In this document: piece after piece, positions 1 to 9,776 of the stretch
Position numbering within the stretch: the stretch's first letter is position 1
Layout of the letters: every line of letters begins with the position of its first letter
Assembly (NCBI GenBank): GCA_965218695.1
Contig: OZ244651.1
Location: forward strand, 1,952,001 to 2,016,000
Length of the DNA: 64,000 nucleotides
Source of the DNA: Nitrosopumilus sp.
GTDB taxonomy: Archaea; Thermoproteota; Nitrososphaeria; Nitrososphaerales; Nitrosopumilaceae
Direction: 5' to 3'
Notes under the pieces: generated by a model
Told to the model about the DNA's origin: nothing
The model's database searches: none
Seen by the model: the letters and a program-made list of their open reading frames with translations, nothing else
Program-made: the position numbers and the translations under genes

Positions 1-482
1 TTGCGCCCAAGGTCTATGCTTGGAGAGTCTGTTCCGACCAAGTTGACTTTCTTTGATGCAAGATATCTGGCAGCCGATGCGTCCAGTCCGGGATTACGCG
101 TGAAATAGCTTTTGTCCTCCAGATTCTTCTGCCACCCAGTAAAAAAGAAGACTGACGAGTCGTCGGGAATCACTCCGTTCTCCTTTTCAAAAAGCATGAT
201 GTCTGCCTCTGTTATGGCAGAGTCAGCGTCCCTTGGAAGTTTGAGGAGAATTCCCTTCCTCCCAATCAGCCTGTCAAGCGGGATTTGGTGGATTGCAAGG
301 CCGTCGGATGCAAAGTGGTACGGTGCATCAATGTGTGTACCTGTGTGGGAGCTTAGGAACAGCAGTTCAAGGTTGTACCCGTCGTCTTCGATGTCAGACC
401 ACTGTATCAACTGTGGCCCGGGGGATCCTGGAAAGACGGGCAGGGTAGGAGATATGGCAAGCGTAAGATCTATTGGTTTCAT
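1..482 (-). CDS. Cyclase family (kynurenine formamidase-like) metal-dependent hydrolase, 3' end outside window
   Basis: Manual translation from ATG at 482: MKPIDLTLAIS..FPGSP..SHTGTHIDAPYHF..VGTDSPSID; HxGTHxDxPxH motif. Confidence 0.85.
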   Translation of the reverse strand, partial: MKPIDLTLAISPTLPVFPGSPGPQLIQWSDIEDDGYNLELLFLSSHTGTHIDAPYHFASDGLAIHQIPLDRLIGRKGILLKLPRDADSAITEADIMLFEKENGVIPDDSSVFFFTGWQKNLEDKSYFTRNPGLDASAARYLASKKVNLVGTDSPSIDLGR

Positions 483-946
483 ACCAACGTGATGGAATGG
501 CAGTTTATCAGTTTTTCAGTATGCTCACAGGATTGCAATTTATCAGATAAATGTTTCCGGGTCTGTTGCCCTCGGACGGTTTGGCTGTGTTTTTTGGATG
601 GAGGGTATGGATTTGTTCCCGCATGTATGTCGCAGTATTCTTCATAGTCTTGCGCGGCATTCCGGATTAAAAAATATCTGGCGATGGGCACGATCTGTGC
701 GTGTGTTTCAAAATATCAACGCCGTCCTGTTTCTTCAGAGTGATGCTCCCAATTCCAAAAAAGATTTCGGCATTCGGCATTTTAAAAAAATTATTGTGCG
801 GGCAGGGGGATCACATCAGACGGCGGATCGCAATAAATCATCGGTGTTGGCGTAAGGCCGTCTGCCAAAAAATAGGCGTAAAATTTGTGCAGGTGTGTAA
901 ACCGGTACGTTGAACAAATAACACTAGTTTCGTATCCGGCATACTG

Positions 947-2302
947 AACTTTGTTTCCTAATTATTCCCAACCACGCCCAACATGTCCAGAATTAGGCCA
1001 GATCAGCTGAATTTGAACATAATATCAAACATTTTCAATAGAAAACTGCATTGATCAGAGAGGTGTGCAGACAGTCAGGTTACAGCCATGACTGAAAACA
1101 CATCCTCTCCAGACAAAACGGGCACGCATGAGGCTAAAAAATCTTTCAAATCCGGAAAACGCCGGTTCCAATACGATGACCGCAGGTACATAGACCGCGG
1201 CCAGCTGTGGACGCTCCAGATAAGCCCGGAGATCCTGACTCAGGGAGTCGAGAAGCTAAACTGCGGGAAGGTCGGCCGCCCGTACGTATTTTCAAACGCG
1301 TGCTTTGCAGCAGCATCCCTGTTCAGAAACGCCACCGGCATAAGGTACAGGCAGCTCCAGGGCGTGGCAGAGACGATAGTCGGCAGGGAAGACGCGCCCA
1401 CGTATTCGGTGTTCCAGAAGAGGATGACCAGGTTGGGCTGCACTGTTGCAGATAATGATGATGGCAGCGGCACGGCTTCTGCGTGGTTCTCAGACGGCAA
1501 CACCAGAGCAGAGATCAAGCTGTTTGCCTTCGACTCCACTGGACTCAAGCCCACAAACCGCGGCGACTGGATGACAAAAAAGTGGGGGACCAGGCGGGGC
1601 TTCATAAAGCTGCACGTCGGGGTGGATGCCAAAACCAAAAAGATCTACGCCGTGGCCATAACCGACGACAAGTGCGGGGACTCTCCGCAGTTTGAGGAAC
1701 TGGTGGGGCAGGCCCTTGCAAATGCAAAAAAATCCCCAAACGTAGAGACTTCTGCAAGCACCAAGACGGCAGCCGACGGCGCGTACGACACCAAGAAGAT
1801 CCGCAGGTACTGCGACGAACAGGGAATCGAGCCGCTGATTCCCGTCCGCATTGACTTTGCCGGAAAGGCAGACGGGTGCATGCCCCGCAAGGAGGCAGGA
1901 TTCAGGCAGCTGGGTGGCATGGACTGCATGGACAAGACGGCAGGACTCAAGTTTGCAGGCCTCACGCGCGAACAAAAGAGGGAATTCCAGAAGGCGTGGC
2001 GCAGGGAGTCCGGGTACAACGACCGGTGGTCAGTCGAGATTGTATTTTCCACGTTCAAGCGGGTGTTGGGCGAGTGCATAAGCGCGCGCAAGTGGGAGAA
2101 CGTCAAGGCCGAGATATACGGAAAAGTGCAGCTGTACAACCAGATGATCGATACTGCGATCGACGGCGGGTACGGCACGCCAAGGATCGTGCAAGTCTAC
2201 AAGCCCGGTCCAAAAACTGCAAGGGATGAGGGGGCAAGACGATGACATAGACAGAATTGCACAGACTGGTATCTGTGTCGAGAGTAATTAGGAAACAAAG
2301 TT
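947..2302 (+). mobile_element. IS5-family (IS903-like) insertion sequence
   Basis: Perfect 18-bp TIR AACTTTGTTTCCTAATTA (947-964 / 2285-2302); 8-bp TSD GCATACTG (939-946, 2303-2310). Confidence 0.92.
1088..2245 (+). CDS. IS5-family DDE transposase
   Basis: DSTGLK, KLHVGVD, ADGAYD, YNDRWSVE motifs. Confidence 0.92.
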   Translation: MTENTSSPDKTGTHEAKKSFKSGKRRFQYDDRRYIDRGQLWTLQISPEILTQGVEKLNCGKVGRPYVFSNACFAAASLFRNATGIRYRQLQGVAETIVGREDAPTYSVFQKRMTRLGCTVADNDDGSGTASAWFSDGNTRAEIKLFAFDSTGLKPTNRGDWMTKKWGTRRGFIKLHVGVDAKTKKIYAVAITDDKCGDSPQFEELVGQALANAKKSPNVETSASTKTAADGAYDTKKIRRYCDEQGIEPLIPVRIDFAGKADGCMPRKEAGFRQLGGMDCMDKTAGLKFAGLTREQKREFQKAWRRESGYNDRWSVEIVFSTFKRVLGECISARKWENVKAEIYGKVQLYNQMIDTAIDGGYGTPRIVQVYKPGPKTARDEGARR

Positions 2303-2346
2303 GCATACTGTGAAAGGTTAAATACTCTTTGGGGGGGAAAACTCTT

Positions 2347-2604
2347 GTGCCAACTGCATATGTTCTATTGAATTCTGATTTGGGATCCGATGAGTCGGTA
2401 ATCAACGAGGTAAAGCAGGTTCTAGTCAGCGAGGAGCTTGAGCACGAGGTTCAGGGGGTCTATGGGGTCTACGACATAGTTCTGAAGATAGCCTCTGAGG
2501 ACGGAGAGAAGCTGCGCGCAGTCATTACCAATAGGATCAGGAAGATCGGCAAGGTTCAGTCGACGCTGACCATGATGGTAATAGAAGAACAGGAGAACCT
2601 ATAG
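2347..2604 (+). CDS. Lrp/AsnC ligand-binding domain protein
   Basis: AYVLLN..GVYGVYDIVLKI..IRKI..VQSTLTM; GTG start inferred. Confidence 0.85.
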   Translation: MPTAYVLLNSDLGSDESVINEVKQVLVSEELEHEVQGVYGVYDIVLKIASEDGEKLRAVITNRIRKIGKVQSTLTMMVIEEQENL

Positions 2605-3748
2605 TCTTCTTAGCGCATCGGCCACTTCAAGTATCTGCGACTCGGTGTTGAAGAAATGAGGTGATGCCCGTACGGTTCCAGTATTCATTACACCTCTGAC
2701 TGCCAGTATAATGTTCTGTTTTTGCAGCCGGGTCACGACATCGCGTGGGTCAATCCCGGATATGTTGAAGGATACAATGCTGGTTCTCTTCTCCTCACTT
2801 TCAGGCCCGTACAGCGTGACGTTTGGGATGCGGGCCAGCTCGTCACGGAGCAGTGTTGAGAGGTTCCGGTTCCTTTCACAAATGTTGTCCATGCCAAACT
2901 TTTTCAGATATCTGGCAGACGATTCAAGCCCGACTGCTCCAGCATAGTTTCTAAACCCTATCTGAAACCTGTCGGAGAGTTCCTTAAAGGCAGGGTCTGT
3001 CTCATCGTAGTGCGGAACAGACGCTCTGCTGACGGTTGCAGGCTCAAGCAGATGGTTTAAATCCCGGCTACAGTAAAACACACCAATGTCCATCGGGCCA
3101 CAGAGCCACTTGGAACCGTTAAAGGACATAAAGTCGCACCCGATCTTGGAGACATCGACATCGTCCAGGCACCCTACGGTCTGGGCACCGTCAATGAGGA
3201 AAGGAGCCCTTCCATGGATTATTCGTCCGGCTTCCCGTACTGGGAGTATTGAGCCTATGTTGTACAGGGCATGGCTGAGGGTCACAAGCCCGGTATTTTC
3301 GTCCAGCATGGTTTCCAGATCATCAAGGTCAAAGAAACCGTTCTGGTCTACTGAAAGGCTTCTAATCTCGGTTCTGTCGCCAAGTCTGATCCACGGATGC
3401 AGGTTGGATTGATGCTCGTGAAGCATTTGACGCATTATCATATTGGAGCCTGCACCGAGCGGGAGCCTGTCTGCCACTATGTTGATTCCCTCAGTAGTGC
3501 TCCGAGTAAAAACCACCTCCTCAGGTCTGCAGGAGATTATCTGTGAGATGGTTTGTTTTGCACTAAAGCTTCTCAGTGACAAACGACAGGGACTCTTTTG
3601 AGTCAGGGCCGACGGAGTTGTATGATATTAGAAACTCCTTCATGGCATCTATGCTCTGGGATGGCATGGTGGAGGCAGAGGCACTATTCAGATAAATCTT
3701 TTCAGAGTCTGGAAAGTCGCCGGAGATGTCCCTTGATGCAAAGTTCAT
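2599..3748 (-). pseudogene. Cysteine desulfurase / class V aminotransferase, frameshifted near 3563
   Basis: N-terminal IYLNSAS piece (3563-3748) and main body with DGAQ, SKWLCGP, RASPHFFN (2599-3582) are in different frames. Confidence 0.8.
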
Positions 3749-3771
3749 TATTATATCTGTGGAATGCTAGT

Positions 3772-4365
3772 GTGGTGTTGGATAAAAGTCCTAGACAGGT
3801 CTCTGAGAGTCCGTCATCTGTCATGGAGGAGCTTGGCAGATGCATGCCCGGGGTAGTGCTCTGCTCGGAGCCGTTTGACAAGATGGAATTTCTTGACATG
3901 ATGATCGGGTGTATCAGATATCCGGTGGTCTTTGTAGACATGGATCTGCTTTACACGGGATATGTCGAGTCAGGTATGATTCACAGAAGGAGCGATGTGA
4001 TGATATTTCACCCCGGCAGACAGGACTGGGTGACGGAGTTTTCCAAGATAGTCTCGGCAGCATCTAGGGAGAGAACCCTCGTAGTCATAGACTCGCTTAA
4101 CGGGATACACGGCACGTTTGATGATATAGAATCGGCCGGATTTGTCAACTCCTGCATAATGCTGCTTGCCTCACTTGGAAGGCAGGCAGGCTCTCCGGTC
4201 ATAGTTACGGCAAGGGCAAGAGCAAGGAACAATCGGGGATGGGTTCTATCCCCAGGAGGAAGGCAGATTATCAGATCAAGGGATGCAGGCTACTACCTTC
4301 TCAAGAGGGTGGACGACAAGCTTATGTTGGAGCAGGTCCGAAGGGATAAAGTCGATCAGCCATAA
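3772..4365 (+). CDS. Hypothetical protein with RecA/ATPase-like fold features
   Basis: FVDMDLLYTGY and LVVIDSLNG (Walker-B-like); start uncertain. Confidence 0.6.
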   Translation: MVLDKSPRQVSESPSSVMEELGRCMPGVVLCSEPFDKMEFLDMMIGCIRYPVVFVDMDLLYTGYVESGMIHRRSDVMIFHPGRQDWVTEFSKIVSAASRERTLVVIDSLNGIHGTFDDIESAGFVNSCIMLLASLGRQAGSPVIVTARARARNNRGWVLSPGGRQIIRSRDAGYYLLKRVDDKLMLEQVRRDKVDQP

Positions 4366-4373
4366 TGCGATCG

Positions 4374-4411
4374 GTTTCAAACGCCGTTATAAAGTTTCAA
4401 ACGCCGTTATA
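4374..4411. repeat. 18-bp direct repeat, 20-bp period, upstream of ferredoxin
   Basis: GTTTCAAACGCCGTTATA at 4374-4391 and 4394-4411. Confidence 0.9.
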
Positions 4412-4465
4412 GCCAGATTTTTTTAGGTAAGTTATATTAAGTACAAATCCAGATTCAATTTCGAT

Positions 4466-4765
4466 ATGCCAGTAGGAATTATTCCGGACATCAGCGAACA
4501 GATGTGCATTGGATGCGCATTGTGTGTAGAGATCTGCACCACATTGGGACCAGATGTACTTAGGGTAAAACCAGTTGAAGGCTGGAAGAGGGGTAAGGCA
4601 TTTGTCTTCTACCCAGAAAGATGTATCTCTGACGGTGCATGCATAGGTGTATGCCCGACAAAGGCAATTTTCTGGATGAGGCCGATAGACTTTACCGTAG
4701 GACAACCAGTTCCACTCTACAAGGACTCAGTCTTCGTCAAAGGTTGGACTGAACTGATCGATTAG
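4466..4765 (+). CDS. 4Fe-4S dicluster ferredoxin
   Basis: CIGCALCVEIC and CISDGACIGVCP. Confidence 0.92.
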   Translation: MPVGIIPDISEQMCIGCALCVEICTTLGPDVLRVKPVEGWKRGKAFVFYPERCISDGACIGVCPTKAIFWMRPIDFTVGQPVPLYKDSVFVKGWTELID

Positions 4766-4837
4766 ATTTGTTCAACCATTTTAATTTCTTTTTTGCTTTT
4801 TAGAGTGTCAATGGGTGTACCTTGCCCTCAACAGTGT

Positions 4838-5983
4838 TTATTTTCCAAATCCAAGCCTTGATGCCCAACGGCTCTTGGGCCGAGACGGCTTTCTTGAGAG
4901 ATTGGCAAGCATATCATATGTGATGGTAAATCCGGCGCCCACCAGAGTAGCATCCTTCCCGTAGATCTCCCTGTCAGGCACGAACTCGTCGGCCAGGCTC
5001 CTGATCTTCCGGGTCTTGAGATCAAACAACCGAATTCTCGTGCCGTCCTCCAGCTGGATTATTGCATCGCCGCTAAGGCCCTGGATTGAGAACTTTTCAA
5101 AGAACCGTATCAGGCCGCCGCGCCGCAGTTCTATTACCGAGTCGTATGTGAGCTTGCCCCCATAGAACAATACCTCCCGTGCAGAGATTCTTACGTCATC
5201 CTCCACGTTTAAGACTATTACCGTATCAGCCTCGAGGGATACTGTGTTTACAACGTTTTCTGCTATGATCTTTCCCTTCGGGGCCGATATGCGTGTACGG
5301 TGTTCTCGGGTCTGGTATACCCCGACTCTTCCTTCTGCGTCATCAACCCTGTATTTTCTGCCAAAGATGTTTCCCACTACTGCGTTTCCATCATCAACGG
5401 TAAGCCAGGCACCGTTTTCAATCTTGTACTTGTTTTCCAGCGGATCTATGAATCTGAAATCACCGCGGATCAGATGTATGTGAGTCCGGTATTCCTCCGT
5501 CCATGATGGGCTTGTGATGTTGCCCTGCATGATGACAGGCCCGTCATAGGTAAGGGATCCGGCCATAAAGTTGCCCTTTATTGACAGGGCGCCTGATACC
5601 TTCCTTTCAAGCTCAATCTCGCCAAGCGTCTTTGAGCCAAACAGTCTTGTTGCAGTCACTCCGGTCCTGTTGAGCGCTGCGACCCACTCTTCTGCAGTCT
5701 TCATCTCCTTGAAGATCTGTTGTCCCAGAATCTGATTCCTTCTTCTGGCATCAGTATCTACGTCCTCTGCATACACCTTGGTGTTTTTTATCTTTTCAAG
5801 ATCCGTATCGGGGTACTTTTTGCCTATCTTGAGATCCTCGTATGCCTGCTTGATCTTGATAAACTGTTCGTTTTCGCCGCCTCGGTCCGAGTGGAATTGG
5901 AGAGCTAGGCGTCGAAATGCGTCCCTGATCTCTTTTTGTGTGGATCCCTCCGCAATTCCCAGTATGTCATAGTTGTTCTTCAT
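4838..5983 (-). CDS. J-domain (DnaJ-like) protein with uncharacterised C-terminal region
   Basis: YDILGI..EIRDAFRRLALQFHSD..FIKIKQAYEDL. Confidence 0.8.
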   Translation of the reverse strand: MKNNYDILGIAEGSTQKEIRDAFRRLALQFHSDRGGENEQFIKIKQAYEDLKIGKKYPDTDLEKIKNTKVYAEDVDTDARRRNQILGQQIFKEMKTAEEWVAALNRTGVTATRLFGSKTLGEIELERKVSGALSIKGNFMAGSLTYDGPVIMQGNITSPSWTEEYRTHIHLIRGDFRFIDPLENKYKIENGAWLTVDDGNAVVGNIFGRKYRVDDAEGRVGVYQTREHRTRISAPKGKIIAENVVNTVSLEADTVIVLNVEDDVRISAREVLFYGGKLTYDSVIELRRGGLIRFFEKFSIQGLSGDAIIQLEDGTRIRLFDLKTRKIRSLADEFVPDREIYGKDATLVGAGFTITYDMLANLSRKPSRPKSRWASRLGFGK

Positions 5984-6263
5984 GTCATGCCAACAGAATT
6001 AGTGTGTGGGGTTTCCCTACTTTTAGGTTATCAGGGCCCGGGGGAGAACTGAAGCTGTGGTGTTTCCTGCCAGACATTCCTGCAGCCTGATCCCAGAAGG
6101 AGAATTCCTCTGAAAGGTATCATTGTAAGGACCGCCAAATCCTCAATGTTAAGAAATGTGCAGGACTTGTAAGTGCCGATCATTGACATTGCAAAGCATT
6201 AGTCTTAGCTGGCTGGACTCCTCTAACTATGCTGTAAACATGACATCCATGCTGGAGCGGGCC

Positions 6264-6887
6264 TTATTTTTTGGATCTTGCAAGCGCCGTTGCAGCAACG
6301 GCAATGCCTATTACCCCAAGAACGATGCCGGCATAGCCGATCATCTGCGCAGATTCCATGTCTGTGACAGACTGTTTGAGATCCTCAACGTCGGCTGCAA
6401 GTGCGTCATGATCCACACGTAGCAGATTTAATGTAAGGTCTAGGGGTTGGGGAAATTCTATCTGGGTGCGGTCGTTCACCTTTGGCGGATGCATGGACAG
6501 GCTGATAGGGGTGCCGTGTATTTGCCCTAGAATGTTTGCCTGATAGAATCCTGATACTGTCGGGGTTACAAATGCATAGTACTTGCCAGGTACGTTGTGG
6601 GCAGCTGCAAGCGGGAGTATGATGTCGTTATCCTTGAAGATCAGTTGAATCTTGATGTCCTTTCTCAGTCCATCTATGCCATTTTGAAACACCTGCTCTT
6701 CAAGTTCCAGACCGGGCTCAAGCGGGCTTACATAAAACTCAATGCCGTTTGCTTCGCCGGAGACGACAGGCTCATTCAACCAGCCGATCTCAACTCTGTA
6801 CTCTCCGACAGAATCTACCGTATGTGCGTATGCAGTCCCAAACAATCCCGGGACGACAAGCAGGAGAACCAGATATTGAGATCTCAA
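6264..6887 (-). CDS. Secreted, C-terminally membrane-anchored hypothetical protein
   Basis: Signal peptide ending AYA-H, C-terminal TM helix. Confidence 0.75.
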   Translation of the reverse strand: MRSQYLVLLLVVPGLFGTAYAHTVDSVGEYRVEIGWLNEPVVSGEANGIEFYVSPLEPGLELEEQVFQNGIDGLRKDIKIQLIFKDNDIILPLAAAHNVPGKYYAFVTPTVSGFYQANILGQIHGTPISLSMHPPKVNDRTQIEFPQPLDLTLNLLRVDHDALAADVEDLKQSVTDMESAQMIGYAGIVLGVIGIAVAATALARSKK

Positions 6888-7130
6888 TAATTACACGGCG
6901 CGGCAGAGAATAAAGAATGTTTGGAGTTTTTGGGTGTTGTACCATATTTCATGTCTGCGTGTGATGGATTTTCAGATTGGCATACCTGCAAAGTCTGCCG
7001 AGAATGCCTATAGAACAGAAATCAAGGGGTGTGTTTTGATCATTGATGGTCTGGAGAACCGGTTCTGCATCCAACATGTAATTCCAGGCCAGGTGGTTTG
7101 TATTACTAAATGGTGACTGGGGTTAAGGGA

Positions 7131-8477
7131 TCAACTGGTCTTTGCAGACTTGATGCGGGTCAGTTCCTCTTCAAAGAAGAACTTGTCACCAGATATAGGC
7201 TTTAGGTCGTCAAGCCAGATTGCATCTGCATCATACTTTGCAAAGAATGGGTTGCGTGTCCAGTCAGGATTCCTGCCCTGTAGGAATCTCAGAACCAGTA
7301 GCTTCTCACCATTAATCTCTGTGGTTCCCACTACCTGTACCTTACCAGGTGTTGCAGACATGCTTGGTCCACGAACCGTCCTTCCCAACCCGCTTACAGC
7401 AGAGTACGCCTTGCTGAATATCTCGTATGCTCTTACCAGAGGGACACCAAAGTAGTGCTGGGCACCGGTATCTCGGACTACAAACATGTAGTATGGAATA
7501 CAGCCCATCTGAACCTGCGTTCTCCACATCTCGGCCCACATATCTGCATCATCGTTAATGTGGGCAAGTAACGGTGACTGCGTCCTGATTTGGGCACCAG
7601 TCTTTCTGACCTCTTGAACTGCTGCTTTCAGGGAACCAGTCGACATCTCGTTGAGGTGGTTAAAGTGGGCCATGATTGCCAAATGCAGTCCGCTGTCAGT
7701 AATCCTACTAAACGTCTCCAACATCTCTTGGGAATCTACATCGGTAAGAAACTTGTACGGCCAGTAGGATAATGCCTTTGTTCCAATCCGGATAGTCTTG
7801 AGATTTGGAAGTTTGGATTCTATAAGCGCATCAACGTATTTTGCAAACATCTTTGCCCGCATGATCATTGGATCGCCTCCCGTGAAGAGCACATCAGTAA
7901 TCTCTGGATGTTCTGAGACATACTGTACCAATTGTTCACCTTCCTGCATGGCAAACTTCATCTCATCCATTCCTACAAACTGCGGCCACCTAAAGCAGAA
8001 GCTGCAGTATGCGTGACATGTCTGGCTCTGACTTGGGAAGAACAGACAGGTCTCCTTGTATTTGTGCTGCATCCCAAACAGCTTGGTTCCGTCCCGGAGC
8101 GTTGGAACGTTGAGCTCCATCTGACCTGCCGGATGGGGATTCAGCTTCAGACGAATATCATTTGCAACGGCGGCAATCTCTTTTTTATCAGAATTATTCT
8201 TTAATGCAGTCTCCATCATGGTGTAATGCTCCGGTTTAAGCATCCCCTTCTGAGGAAATGTCAGGACGAACATGGGATCGTTGGGAATGTTGTTCCAGTC
8301 AATCAGTTGTTCTACGACGTAGTTGTTTGCCTTGAAGGGCAGAACGTTTCCCACCACCTCCATCTCAAATTTGGCCTCCTCGGTCATCTCTTCAATCTGT
8401 GGAAGCTTGTGAAAATTGGACAGCGTGTATGACTTTAGTGAAGGTCTACTGTTCCAGACAGACTCTTGATACGTCAT
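7131..8477 (-). CDS. KamA-family radical SAM protein (lysine 2,3-aminomutase-like)
   Basis: HKY, CHAYCSFCFR (CxxxCxxC), LFTGGDP, IRIGTK, HFNH, PYYMF. Confidence 0.88.
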   Translation of the reverse strand: MTYQESVWNSRPSLKSYTLSNFHKLPQIEEMTEEAKFEMEVVGNVLPFKANNYVVEQLIDWNNIPNDPMFVLTFPQKGMLKPEHYTMMETALKNNSDKKEIAAVANDIRLKLNPHPAGQMELNVPTLRDGTKLFGMQHKYKETCLFFPSQSQTCHAYCSFCFRWPQFVGMDEMKFAMQEGEQLVQYVSEHPEITDVLFTGGDPMIMRAKMFAKYVDALIESKLPNLKTIRIGTKALSYWPYKFLTDVDSQEMLETFSRITDSGLHLAIMAHFNHLNEMSTGSLKAAVQEVRKTGAQIRTQSPLLAHINDDADMWAEMWRTQVQMGCIPYYMFVVRDTGAQHYFGVPLVRAYEIFSKAYSAVSGLGRTVRGPSMSATPGKVQVVGTTEINGEKLLVLRFLQGRNPDWTRNPFFAKYDADAIWLDDLKPISGDKFFFEEELTRIKSAKTS

Positions 8478-8577
8478 GCGCTGTGTAAGAGTCCTTTAAT
8501 TTTAAATGTATGGTTTTATGATGATTATGGTTCCTATCGAATGGTTCCTTTTGTAATTGAAATGGATGGTTCTGAAC

Positions 8578-8659
8578 AGAAGTTTGCAGTAGTTTTGTAC
8601 GTAATATATAAAGAAGTTTGCAGTAGTTTTGTACGTAATATATAAAGAAGTTTGCAGTA
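8578..8659 (+). repeat. 34-bp tandem repeat (2.4 copies) containing a TATA-like box
   Basis: AGAAGTTTGCAGTAGTTTTGTACGTAATATATAA at 8578 and 8612, partial copy at 8646. Confidence 0.92.
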
Positions 8660-9776
8660 ATGAAAATATGATCAAGGAAAAAAATCTACGCGATCAGAAT
8701 CCGTGGTGGAAAGGAGGAAGAGAAATTTCCAAGGATAAAAAAATCAAGGAATGGAAAAGGGTCGAGATAAAATACGAGCCCGGACTCAGGCATATGATCA
8801 GACGTGATTTCGAATCAGATAACACGGTTGTTTATACATTACATGGACCAAGACAGGTTGGTAAAACGACACTTGTTAAATTACAGATCAAGGATTTTCT
8901 GGAAAAGGGAATAAACCCATGGAACATCCTGTATTATTCACTCGACTTGGTCAAAACACCAGAAGGTATTGTTGAGATAATTGAACTGTATCTGAAACTT
9001 AGTGCCCGACAAAGAAAAGACAAGCGTTATTATTTATTTTTGGATGAGGCCTCATCAATCACCGGCTGGCAAAATGGGATCAAATGGTTGGTAGATTCAG
9101 ACAAGTTAATCAATTGCACAATAATGGTTACAGGCTCACAGGCCATTAATATTAAAAATGTAACGGAAAAGATACTTGGGCGAAAAGGAGTAATCGATGG
9201 CAATTATAACAAAATTCTACCTCCCATGAAGTTTGTAGAATACGCATCGTTGTTAAATCAGGACATAAAGGAGCTGATTGGACAGAATAATTTGTTCAGA
9301 TACGAGAATAGAAGGCGTGTTCTAAAAAAATTATTCGCAGGAGAGATGGATGAAAAACTGGATAGACTACGTACGTATCAAAACGAAACCGATGAGTTGC
9401 TTGGGGAATACATGTTGACGGGTGGAATTCCAAAAATAATTGATGGAAAAATTAAAACAAATACCATTCAGGAGAGTGTCTATACGACTTATCTGCGCGG
9501 CATTACAGGACAATGGAGTAAACTGTCAAAGAATGAAAAATTGTTAAAGCGGTTTGGAGCTTCCATGATCAAAATCCAGGGCAGTCATGTTTCGTGGAAC
9601 AGTCTTGCAAAAAATGCCGCACTGGGAAATTCAATCACGGCGATAGATTATGCAACCACTTTGAAGAATATGCTTGTCCTGTTAGATATACCTCGATATT
9701 GTGACAAACAGAAGGCATTAATGAACATCAAGGATAAAAAGTTCTATTTTCATGATCCGTTCTTTTTGCATATTTT

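Noticed and set aside
479-913. Short overlapping ORFs upstream of the IS5
   Set aside because: No motifs and mutually overlapping; treated as intergenic.
5984-6260. Possible riboswitch upstream of the J-domain gene
   Set aside because: Could not match TPP or other aptamer cores.
8578-8659. Possible CRISPR array
   Set aside because: Units are identical tandem copies with no unique spacers, and there are no cas genes.
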